Source of the DNA: Planctomycetota bacterium
GTDB lineage: Bacteria; Planctomycetota; JAJSAM01
Length of the DNA stretch: 16,460 nt
Reading direction: 5' to 3'
Assembly: GCA_024274785.1 (NCBI GenBank)
Contig: JAJSAM010000020.1
Location: 1-16,460, forward strand
A model generated the notes under the pieces. The model searched no databases. It saw nothing but the letters and a program-made list of their open reading frames with translations, and was not told the origin of the DNA. The translations under genes and the position numbers were made by a program. This document shows positions 9,032 through 16,381 of this stretch, one piece after another (position 1 is the first letter of the stretch; each line of letters starts with the position of its first letter).

Positions 9032-9047
9032 AGCAAGGAACAGGCCA
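9032..9047 (-). promoter_or_regulatory. Sigma54 (RpoN) -24/-12 promoter element TGGCCTGTTCCTTGCT in front of the four-gene operon.
   Basis: The minus strand reads a-TTTGGCCTGTTCCTTGCTT. This gives GG-N10-GC spacing against the consensus TGGCACG-N4-TTGCW, with the -12 element TTGCT perfect. The predicted transcription start is near 9021, about 24 nt upstream of the ATG at 8997. The transcript includes the SD. Confidence 0.55.
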
Positions 9048-9151
9048 AATGAGAATACGAAAGGCCACGGCCGGAAAGCGGCGAAGACGGCGAAATGCGT
9101 GAACCCGCAATCCCTCCCGTGAGCGACGGCTCACATGGCCCGATCCTGAAT

Positions 9152-10213
9152 TTAGCCCGCCTCGCCCTGGCGGTCAACGCCGTCTGTGCCGAGATCGGGG
9201 CGTCGCGGGAGGACCATGGTCAGCCTCGCGCCGCCATGGGGGAGATTTGTCGCCTCGATGCGGCCGAAATGCTCCTTCGCGGCTTCCATGATCAGGGAGA
9301 TGCCTTCCCCGCTGCCGGAAGTGGAGATGCCGCGCTCGCCGAAGTGCTTCAGAACCTCCTCGGTGAACCCGTCGCCGTCATCCGTGACGGTGATCAGGGT
9401 GTCGGTGGAGGGCGGTCGGGCCTCCTCGACGCGCACCGTGACCCGCGTGGCCTGTCCGCCGTGGCGCACCACGTTGCGCAGGAGTTCCGCCACCGCGTCG
9501 GCGATGCGGGGTTCATCGAGGAACAGGCGCGCGCCGCCGTCGGTCTCGTCGTCGTACTCGAGGGTGATCCCCGCTTCGGTCAGCATCGGCTCGAGGGCCC
9601 GGACAGCCTGCTCCACCGGCCGGCTGAGAGGCGCCTTGCGGCTGTCGAGCCAGGTGCGCAGCGAGGAGAGGGACTCGGTCAGGAGGTCCACCTTCTCGGT
9701 GACCGCGTTCCCGGTGAGCTTCTTCGTGTCCAGCTTGTAGATCTCGCACAGCTTCAGCACGCCCTTCGTGGCGCCGAGAGCGGCCTTGCAGGAGAGCGGC
9801 AGAAGGTCTTTCAGGCTGACGCCCATCACGAGTGGCCGGGAGAAGAACGAGACGACCTGGTCGGCGACGCTGGGGATGAGGGCGACCTGTTTTCCGAGGC
9901 TCTTCAGCAGGCCGGCGTCCTCCGGGCAATCGTTCATGGCCTGGCCGAAACTCTTCAGGTTCATCAGGCATGATTCGACCACGGAGTGCCGCAGTGCGGA
10001 GTCCAGCCGGGCGAGCACGTGGAGGGCGCGCACGTCGAGATCCTCGGGCCGTTTCGGGGGCGTTTCCGGCGGGGGGAGAACCTGCGTGATCGCCTCGACT
10101 CTCCGGACGAATCGCGCGGATCGTTCCCGATCCTCGGGCGTCAGCATGCGATCGAGGCTGGCGAGGATGCGTTTCTCCTCCACCTTCACCGCCGCGCGGG
10201 CGGCCGCCTCCAT
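9152..10213 (-). CDS. Soluble (non-membrane) sensor histidine kinase with a C-terminal HATPase_c domain. The start is uncertain.
   Basis: N-box ELLRNVVRHG, G1 VTDDGDGF and G2 GSGEGISLI are present near the C-terminus. No TM segment is seen and the N-terminal part is coiled-coil-like. The ATG at 10213 has GGAGGAG 5 nt upstream. Alternative starts are ATG 10246 and the track's TTG 10366. The gene is divergent from the sigma54 activator gene. Confidence 0.65.
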   Translation of the reverse strand: MEAAARAAVKVEEKRILASLDRMLTPEDRERSARFVRRVEAITQVLPPPETPPKRPEDLDVRALHVLARLDSALRHSVVESCLMNLKSFGQAMNDCPEDAGLLKSLGKQVALIPSVADQVVSFFSRPLVMGVSLKDLLPLSCKAALGATKGVLKLCEIYKLDTKKLTGNAVTEKVDLLTESLSSLRTWLDSRKAPLSRPVEQAVRALEPMLTEAGITLEYDDETDGGARLFLDEPRIADAVAELLRNVVRHGGQATRVTVRVEEARPPSTDTLITVTDDGDGFTEEVLKHFGERGISTSGSGEGISLIMEAAKEHFGRIEATNLPHGGARLTMVLPRRPDLGTDGVDRQGEAG

Positions 10214-10427
10214 GTTCTCCTCCTGCCGGCGGTAGCTCTCCTCCATCTTCTCGATGCGTTTCCGGTAGGCGCTGCCAGGGTCGTCGTTGCTCAATGGACT
10301 CTCTCCCGGTGGGTGTTCCGCGGGGTCTGACACAATCAACGTGCCAAAGCGGGAGGGAGTGTGCAAGGGCGTGGCGGCGAACTCCTTCCTCGACTACGAT
10401 GAGCGGTGGCGGGCGCGGAGGGCAAAC

Positions 10428-11921
10428 ATGCATCGCATTCTGATCGTGGATGACAAGGCGGACGAGTTCGAGCCGGGGCTTCGGGCCATCTTTCCCCGGG
10501 ATCATCTCGTCCTCGTCCACTCCGGAAAAGAGGCGCTCGCGGTGCTTTCCGAGGACGAGGTGTTCGACGTCGTGCTGCTCGACATCCGGATGCCCGCCGA
10601 AATGGGCTCCTGCGACGAGGAGGAGGGGCTCGCGGTGCTGGTCCGGCTCTGTGACGAGTGGCCGGAGCTGCCGGTGATCCTCCTCTCCGTGCTCTCCGAC
10701 GTGGAGACGGTGGTCCGGGGCATGAAGCACGGCGCGTTCTACTACGTCCAGAAGCCGCCGGACCGGGGGAAGCTCCGCCACCTCGTCGCGAAGGCCGCGG
10801 AGCGCAGCCGCAGCGCCGCGGAGCGGCAGACCTTGAAGGAGATCATCGACCTGCGCGACGTCGCGGCCACCGGCTCCATCACCTCCGGGACGAGAACCGG
10901 GCTGGGCAGCCTGGTGGGCCGGAGCGCCCCGATGCAGGCTCTCTTCGGTCTCATCGAGCGGGTGGCGCGCGCGAACGCCACGGTCCTCATCCTCGGGGAG
11001 ACGGGCACCGGCAAGGAGCTGGTGGCGAAGGAGATCCACCGGCTGAGCCCGAGGTCGGGCAAGGCCCTCAGGGTGGTCGGTTGCCCGAACATCGCGAGGG
11101 AGCTGCTCGAGTCCACGCTCTTCGGGCATCGGCGGGGGGCCTTCACCGGCGCGGAAGTGGATCGCGAGGGCGAATTCGTGCTGGCCGATGGCGGAACGCT
11201 GTTTCTCGACGAGGTCGGCGAGCTGGAATCGACTCTCCAGGCCAAGCTTCTGCGCGCCCTCGAGACCGGTGAGGTTCACCCGCTCGGCTCCCGCGACCCG
11301 GTGAAGGTGGATGCCCGGATTGTCTCCGCCACGCATCGCGATCTCCGTGAGCTGGTGGGGGAGGGCACCTTCCGGGAGGATCTCCAGTACCGCCTGAATG
11401 TCCTCCGCGTGGAGCTGCCGCCGCTGCGGGATCGCCTGGACGATCTCCCGTTCCTGGCCCCGGCGCTCCTCGGGAAGATCGCCCCGGATCGCCCCGGCCT
11501 GCATCTCTCCGCCGAGGCTCTCGGCCGGCTCGAGACCCACTCCTGGCCGGGCAATGTGCGGGAACTGAGAAACGTCCTCGAGCGCGCCGCGGCTCTCACC
11601 GATGGCGACGAGATCACGCCGGACGCGATCCAGATCGACCGGGACGCCGAGCCGGGGACGACGAATCCCGCCGAGGCCGCTTTCGCCCGGGCGCTGGCCG
11701 GCCGGCCGTTTGAGGGTGGGATCAGGAGGTTTCGTGACCAGCACGGCGAGGTGGCCTTGAAGGACCTCCTGATCCGGGCGCTGCGCACCACGACGAATGT
11801 CCGCCGGGCGGGGGAGCTGCTGGGTTTCATCGGCGCGGAGGACCCGAAGCGGGACTACGACAACCTCCGCCAGTGGATGCGGAAGCTCGAGGTGTCGAAG
11901 CGAAGCGCGCTGGGGGGGTGA
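10428..11921 (+). CDS. Sigma54-dependent response regulator of the NtrC family (REC + AAA+ sigma54-interaction domain + C-terminal HTH).
   Basis: The REC domain has acidic residues and VVLLDIRMP. The Walker A motif is GETGTGKE. The GAFTGA motif is intact in [10 protein letters not shown]. The Walker B motif is [10 protein letters not shown]. The C-terminal HTH reads [25 protein letters not shown]. The start ATG at 10428 has GGAGGG upstream. The track's longer TTG extension is unlikely. Confidence 0.9.
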   Translation: MHRILIVDDKADEFEPGLRAIFPRDHLVLVHSGKEALAVLSEDEVFDVVLLDIRMPAEMGSCDEEEGLAVLVRLCDEWPELPVILLSVLSDVETVVRGMKHGAFYYVQKPPDRGKLRHLVAKAAERSRSAAERQTLKEIIDLRDVAATGSITSGTRTGLGSLVGRSAPMQALFGLIERVARANATVLILGETGTGKELVAKEIHRLSPRSGKALRVVGCPNIARELLESTLFGHRRGAFTGAEVDREGEFVLADGGTLFLDEVGELESTLQAKLLRALETGEVHPLGSRDPVKVDARIVSATHRDLRELVGEGTFREDLQYRLNVLRVELPPLRDRLDDLPFLAPALLGKIAPDRPGLHLSAEALGRLETHSWPGNVRELRNVLERAAALTDGDEITPDAIQIDRDAEPGTTNPAEAAFARALAGRPFEGGIRRFRDQHGEVALKDLLIRALRTTTNVRRAGELLGFIGAEDPKRDYDNLRQWMRKLEVSKRSALGG

Positions 11922-11946
11922 GGAGTCCCCCGGAGGGTCGGGGTGA

Positions 11947-13674
11947 TCAGAGGTCCGGCACCGGGTGAGCTCGCTCCCACGCGAGGTGCCGGCGCAACTG
12001 GAGGAGCTGCCCCAGGGGGAACACCAGGGGCCAGATGGGTATCAGGAGCAGCCTGCTGATGAGTCCGGGGCCTCTCCATTCCTCCGCGATCCGGGCGCGC
12101 TCCTCCGTGAGCCACTCGGGATCCTGCCGGGTGAAGGCGATCACCTCGGCCTCTTCACGGCGATGCCGGCGCAGGACGACTTCGAAGAGGACCCAGCAGG
12201 TGATCAGCAGCCCGAACTGCAGAAACAGGGATGGAAAGTAGAGGATGATCCCGAGATCCGCGTCGTCCAGCTCGTCGAAGAATCCGTTGAAGTCTTCCAG
12301 CAGAAGGATCAGCAGTCCGAAGGCCGACGCCGCCGCGAGGACGATCATCGCCCGGCGCAGGAGCCGCAGTTTCGCCGGGGGGGGAACTCTCCCTGCAAGG
12401 CCCGGTTTCGGCTCTCCCGATCCGGCGGTTGAGAGAACCCGGGAGAGTTCGATCTGGCGGCGTCGGATGTGGTCGATGAGGGCATAGATCATCAGCAGCG
12501 CGCAGATCGGCGCCAGGCTCGGATAGAAGGGGAGCAGGAGGGCCTGCAGCGAGCCGAGGAGGATGCAGAGCGTGGTCAGCGAATCGATGGACCATCCCGT
12601 GGCGGGCTCGGTCCGGGCCGGTGGGTTCGCGGGCGGTTCGGGGGAGGTCGGGGCCGGGGCGGGGGCCGGGGCGCTGCATTCCGATCGGTCGGAGGGCTCG
12701 TCCGGCGGCGGGATTCGTTCGGGCGCCGGCAGGGGTGGCGGCGCGGGTGATGGGAGGGGCGGGAGAGGTGGTGGCGGCCGGGAGGGCGGCGCGGCGGGCG
12801 GCCCTTGCGGCCTGGTGGGTGGCTTCGGCGGCACCGGGGGCGATTCGAGGATCGCCTTGCAGCTCGCCGGTCGATCAGCGGGATCCTTCGAGAGCGCTTC
12901 CATGATTCGCGTGACCAGCAAGGAGCCGGAGGTATTGGGCGCCCTGGGCTCCTTCTGCGCGATCTGCACCGCGATCTCGCCCCGATGGAACGGGGGGCTT
13001 CCGGCGAGGCATTCGTACATGGTCGCGGCGAGGGAGTAGATGTCCTGGGCCGCGGTGGGCGGTTCGCCGAAGAGCTGTTCCGGGGACATGTAGGGCAGGG
13101 TCCCGGAGGAGCTCTGACCGGTGATCCGGGTCAGGCTGTCCTTCAGCTCCCGGGCGATGCCGAAGTCGGTGAGGAAGGGGCGGCCATCCTCCCGGACGAG
13201 GATGTTGCTCGGCTTGATGTCGCGGTGGATCACCTTTTCGCTGTGTGCGTAGTCGAGGGCCAGGGCGAGCGGCGTGAAGAACTCCACCACCTCTTCCTCG
13301 GTGAGTGTCTCCCGCTCGCCGAGGACGTCCTGGAGGGTCTCCCCCGGAACAAAGTCCATGACCAGGAAGACGTCGCCCTCGCTCTGCTCGATGGTGCGCA
13401 GGGTCACGATGTTGGGATGGGAGAGCCGCCGCGCCAGCAGGGCCTCCTGCTGCATACGCCGCACCACCTTGACGTCCTGTGCGAGGAGGATCGCCGGCAC
13501 CTTGATCGCCACCAGGAGGTCGTCGAGCTGGGTGTCCGCGGCGAGCAGCACTTTCCCCATGGCCCCCTGCCCGAGTTCGCGCAGGACCCGGTAGCGCCCC
13601 AGCAGAACCAGTGGTCCTGCCCCTTCGCAGGTATCCTCGTCGCCACTCAGCGGATCGATGAACTCGCCACTCAT
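11947..13674 (-). CDS. Hanks-type Ser/Thr protein kinase with a Pro/Ala-rich linker and a C-terminal polytopic (about 4 TM) membrane domain. It is a paralogue of the kinase at 1-2199.
   Basis: Motifs seen are [28 protein letters not shown] and [10 protein letters not shown]. The Pro-rich segment reads PPVPPKPPTRPQGPPAAPP...APAPAPTSPEPP. Four hydrophobic helices follow. The start ATG (MSGEFIDP) at 13674 has GAGG 7 nt upstream. Confidence 0.85.
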   Translation of the reverse strand: MSGEFIDPLSGDEDTCEGAGPLVLLGRYRVLRELGQGAMGKVLLAADTQLDDLLVAIKVPAILLAQDVKVVRRMQQEALLARRLSHPNIVTLRTIEQSEGDVFLVMDFVPGETLQDVLGERETLTEEEVVEFFTPLALALDYAHSEKVIHRDIKPSNILVREDGRPFLTDFGIARELKDSLTRITGQSSSGTLPYMSPEQLFGEPPTAAQDIYSLAATMYECLAGSPPFHRGEIAVQIAQKEPRAPNTSGSLLVTRIMEALSKDPADRPASCKAILESPPVPPKPPTRPQGPPAAPPSRPPPPLPPLPSPAPPPLPAPERIPPPDEPSDRSECSAPAPAPAPTSPEPPANPPARTEPATGWSIDSLTTLCILLGSLQALLLPFYPSLAPICALLMIYALIDHIRRRQIELSRVLSTAGSGEPKPGLAGRVPPPAKLRLLRRAMIVLAAASAFGLLILLLEDFNGFFDELDDADLGIILYFPSLFLQFGLLITCWVLFEVVLRRHRREEAEVIAFTRQDPEWLTEERARIAEEWRGPGLISRLLLIPIWPLVFPLGQLLQLRRHLAWERAHPVPDL

Positions 13675-13778
13675 GGTCAACCTCGGCCCGGTGAACACCC
13701 GGGACCGCCAGAGGATAGATCCCCTCCGCCCCCGGAGACAAGGGGTCAGGTCTGACTTTTGTCCGTATCCCGACATTT

Positions 13779-14732
13779 TCAGCCGCCGGAAGCCCACTCC
13801 AGGTTGCCGCCGGAGAGGACGATGCCGACTCTCCGAGTGCCCTCGAGAGCCTGGAACTCACCGGTCAGTACCGCGGCCAGGGTTGTTGCCGCGCTCGGCT
13901 CGATCACGATTTTCATGCGGGTCATCACGAGGTGCAGGGCGGTTCGGATCTCGTCGTCGGTGACTCGCACCACGCGCTCGAGATGATCCCGGAGGATCGG
14001 CCAGGTCAGGTCGCCGAGGCTCGTCAGGAGGCCGTCGGCAATGGTGTCCGGTGCGGTCTGGGGGATCAGGCGGCCGGCGGCCAGGGAACGCCAGGCGTCG
14101 TCCGCGCCGTGGGGCTCGGCGGCGATCAGGTGGAGATCCGGGTTCATCCCACGGGCGGCCACGCAGATGCCCGACATCAGCCCGCCACCACCCACCGGCG
14201 CCACGATGGCGTCGAGATCCGGCACATCCTCGAGCAGTTCCAGCGCCACGGTGCCCTGGCCGGCGATGACGTCCTGGTGGTTGAACGGGTGCAGCAGCGT
14301 CGCCCCCGTCGCCGCGACGACTTCCGCGGAGCGCTCCTCCCGCGCGGCCAGGGTCGGTTCGCAGTCGTAGACGGTCGCTCCATAGCCGATTGTTGCCGCC
14401 CGTTTCACCGCCGGGGCCGACGTCGGCATCACGACGTGAGCGGGAATCCCCCGCGCCCGGGCGGCGAGCGCGAGCGCCTGGGCGAAGTTGCCGGAGGAGT
14501 GGGTGGCGACGCCCCGCCCCGCCTCCGCGGCGGCGAGCGCGAACACCGCACTCGCCGCGCCGCGCATCTTGAACGCGCCGCCCCGCTGGAAGTTCTCGCA
14601 CTTGAAGAAGAGCTCGCGCCCGGCCAGTTCGTCGATCAGGCGGGAGGTCAGCACCGGGGTGCGGTGGATGTGGGGCCGGATGCGCTCGGCGGCCATACGC
14701 ACCGCCCTCAGGTCCGTGGCATCGTTGTTCAT
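13779..14732 (-). CDS. PLP-dependent threonine/serine dehydratase family enzyme (fold-type II; catabolic-type, no ACT domain).
   Basis: The 317-aa product has FKCENFQRGGAFKMRGA (the PLP-lysine motif), HSSGNFAQA and the glycine-rich GGGGL loop. It lies 100 nt upstream of, and co-oriented with, kinase 2. Confidence 0.85.
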   Translation of the reverse strand: MNNDATDLRAVRMAAERIRPHIHRTPVLTSRLIDELAGRELFFKCENFQRGGAFKMRGAASAVFALAAAEAGRGVATHSSGNFAQALALAARARGIPAHVVMPTSAPAVKRAATIGYGATVYDCEPTLAAREERSAEVVAATGATLLHPFNHQDVIAGQGTVALELLEDVPDLDAIVAPVGGGGLMSGICVAARGMNPDLHLIAAEPHGADDAWRSLAAGRLIPQTAPDTIADGLLTSLGDLTWPILRDHLERVVRVTDDEIRTALHLVMTRMKIVIEPSAATTLAAVLTGEFQALEGTRRVGIVLSGGNLEWASGG

Positions 14733-14781
14733 GGCTGGATTTCCAGCGCCTGGCAGGCCGACTCAAAGGAAAAATCGCTTC

Positions 14782-14976
14782 TCAGTGGACCCGGTGGACC
14801 CGCGTGCCGGCCGCGAAACTCTTCTCGAACCAGCTCCCGTGCTCGCGGCAGACGTCGAGGAGGAGTTCGCCGCAGTCGCGTTCCTCTCGGGGTTGCCGGC
14901 GAGTGGGGCATCGGCGCGACGGATTCGACGGATCAGACACGATGATCTCCTCGGCGACATCGTAACGCACGCGCAA
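14782..14976 (-). CDS. Possible small ORF (52-64 aa) with a degenerate zinc-ribbon-like motif. It is hypothetical and low confidence.
   Basis: The sequence is ...RRCPTRRQPREERDCGELLLDVCREHGSWFEKS.... It resembles the C-P...C-G-x-x-L...D-x-C-x-x-C-x-G-x-W-L-D pattern of TFIIB-type zinc ribbons, with His replacing one Cys. GC3 is high, which is coding-like. Only TTG/GTG starts are available, with no clear SD. It sits in the 314-nt gap upstream of the dehydratase. Confidence 0.25.
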   Translation of the reverse strand: MRVRYDVAEEIIVSDPSNPSRRCPTRRQPREERDCGELLLDVCREHGSWFEKSFAAGTRVHRVH

Positions 14977-15046
14977 CCAGCGAGGGCAGGCGGTTTATCT
15001 TCCCAGACTTCGCGTCAGATCTGATCATGGAGCGGGAGCCAGATCC

Positions 15047-15907
15047 GTGAGCCTCGACCGTCCGATCTTCATCGTCAGCCCGGCCCGCACCGGTACCTCG
15101 CTGCTCTACCGGTGCATCGGAGACCACCCTCTCGTCGGCTACCTCGCCTCCGCCGACATGACGTTTCCGGCCTACCCCCGCCTGGCGCGTTTCCTCACGA
15201 GAGTCGGGATCTGCAAGGACTCCAAGCGCGAAGCCCGCAGAGTCTGGATCCCGTTCCACAATATCTCGTGCGTGAAGCTTGGCGTGCCCGCCGCGGCCCG
15301 GAAGTTCTCCCGGCGAATCGAGGCGATGCTCCAATCGAAGGGCGCCACCCGCTTCGTGGCGAAGCTGCCGGAGTTCTGCCGGAAGATCCCCTGGCTCGAC
15401 GAGTGTTTTCCCGACGCTCTCTTCCTTCAAACCGCTCGCGACTGGCGTCCGACGGTCAGTTCGATGCTCGTCAAGGGCGAGATGATGTTCGGAGGGGGCA
15501 TCTTCGGAACCCGGCGCCGCGGATTCGTGCCGCGGGCGGGGGAACCGGAAGAGGTGACCGCGGCGAGGCAGCTTCTCGAGGTGAACGCCCTCCTCAAGGC
15601 GGAACGGGACCGGCTGGGTTCCCGATTCCTCGTGCTCTGGTACGAGGATCTCTGCACGGATCCCGCCGCGAAAATCGAGGGTCTCTTCCGGTTCTGTGAC
15701 CTCCCCGCCAGGGCCGGCTTCCTCCGCCTTCCGACGGAAGAGATCCGCCCCTTGTCGGACCAGTGGCGAGCGATTCTGACGCCGGAGAAGACGGCCGCGG
15801 TCCGGACGGCGCTGGGGGACGATCTCCTCGCGCTGGAACATCCCGCCATCAACGCGGGGGGAGAGGGGGGGGGCGGTGCGCACTTCTCACCGGGGCATGC
15901 GTTCTGA
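15047..15907 (+). CDS. Sulfotransferase-family protein (PAPS-binding P-loop-like N-terminus).
   Basis: The N-terminus PIFIVSPARTGTSLL matches the 5'-phosphosulfate binding motif of sulfotransferases. The start is GTG. I prefer this plus-strand frame over the overlapping 316-aa minus-strand ORF, which has no recognisable motifs. The C-terminal tail lies behind a G9 homopolymer (15865-15873). Confidence 0.65.
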   Translation: MSLDRPIFIVSPARTGTSLLYRCIGDHPLVGYLASADMTFPAYPRLARFLTRVGICKDSKREARRVWIPFHNISCVKLGVPAAARKFSRRIEAMLQSKGATRFVAKLPEFCRKIPWLDECFPDALFLQTARDWRPTVSSMLVKGEMMFGGGIFGTRRRGFVPRAGEPEEVTAARQLLEVNALLKAERDRLGSRFLVLWYEDLCTDPAAKIEGLFRFCDLPARAGFLRLPTEEIRPLSDQWRAILTPEKTAAVRTALGDDLLALEHPAINAGGEGGGGAHFSPGHAF

Positions 15908-15931
15908 GGGGCGATCGACCCCGGCCAGAGA

Positions 15932-16381
15932 CTACCCCGCAGTCAACGCCTCGATGACTTCTTCCCCGGTGTCCGCGGTCTCCAGCGCCTCCTTCAGAAC
16001 GGGGTCGTTCAGGATGCTGGAGATGTGGCTCAGCACCAGGACATGGGGGCTCGTGGCGCCAGGATCGGAGACGACCAGGATGAAGATGCGACAGGGCTGG
16101 TGATCGATGGAATCGAACGGAATGGGCTTCCTGGCGATGCCCACAGAGATCATGACGCCATCGACGCAGGCGGTCTTGGCGTGAGGAATCGCCACGCCCC
16201 GGCCGATGCCGGTCGACATGACCTCCTCGCGCTCCAGGACCGCATCAAGGATTTCATCCCGGCCGCCGTTTCCGCCTTCGAGAGGCAGCGCGGAAACCAG
16301 CCGCCGGATGATCTCCTTCTTCGACCCCTTTTTCAGGTCGAGGAGGATGCATTCGGGCTTCAGGAGTTCGTTGAAGTCCAT
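15932..16381 (-). CDS. ptsN: PTS EIIA-Ntr nitrogen regulatory protein (PtsN-like, fructose/mannitol-type EIIA).
   Basis: The 150-aa product (MDFNELLKPECILLDLKKGSKKEIIRRL...) has STGIGRGVAIPHAK (the phosphorylatable His region). The track's TTG-extended start is unlikely. The gene is not next to rpoN/hpf here. Confidence 0.75.
   Translation of the reverse strand: MDFNELLKPECILLDLKKGSKKEIIRRLVSALPLEGGNGGRDEILDAVLEREEVMSTGIGRGVAIPHAKTACVDGVMISVGIARKPIPFDSIDHQPCRIFILVVSDPGATSPHVLVLSHISSILNDPVLKEALETADTGEEVIEALTAG

Noticed and set aside
3144-9102. Long plus-strand ORFs 3144-4964, 5371-6489, 6315-8198 and 7741-9102, plus the 355-aa minus-strand ORF 4736-5803
   Set aside because: All lie opposite to, or in an alternative frame of, the four operon genes, whose products have coherent domain signatures. 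The shadow ORFs are low-complexity R/G/P/A-rich.
9119-9134. Hairpin GTGAGC-gacg-GCTCAC just after the histidine kinase stop
   Set aside because: The stem is a perfect 6 bp, but it is short and lacks a following T/U tract on the transcribed strand. It may be an insulator between the HK and the sigma54 promoter, but it is not supportable as a terminator.
9513-11744. 743-aa minus-strand ORF
   Set aside because: It is antisense to the NtrC-family activator gene (Walker A/B, GAFTGA, HTH all on the plus strand). It is a GC-rich artefact.
14899-14918. GGATTCGA-containing stretch resembling the complement of a tRNA T-loop
   Set aside because: It is a short direct repeat (CGACGGAT x2) encoding DPSNPS in the mini-ORF. 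No acceptor or anticodon stems can be built, so it is not a tRNA.
12805-14945. ORFs 12805-13755 (+), 12875-13861 (-), 13858-14766 (-) and 13932-14945 (+)
   Set aside because: They are alternative-frame or antisense shadows of kinase 2 and the dehydratase gene. They have no motifs.
14933-15883. 316-aa minus-strand ORF overlapping the sulfotransferase gene
   Set aside because: The plus-strand frame carries the sulfotransferase PAPS-binding motif (PIFIVSPARTGTSLL). The minus-strand product is featureless.
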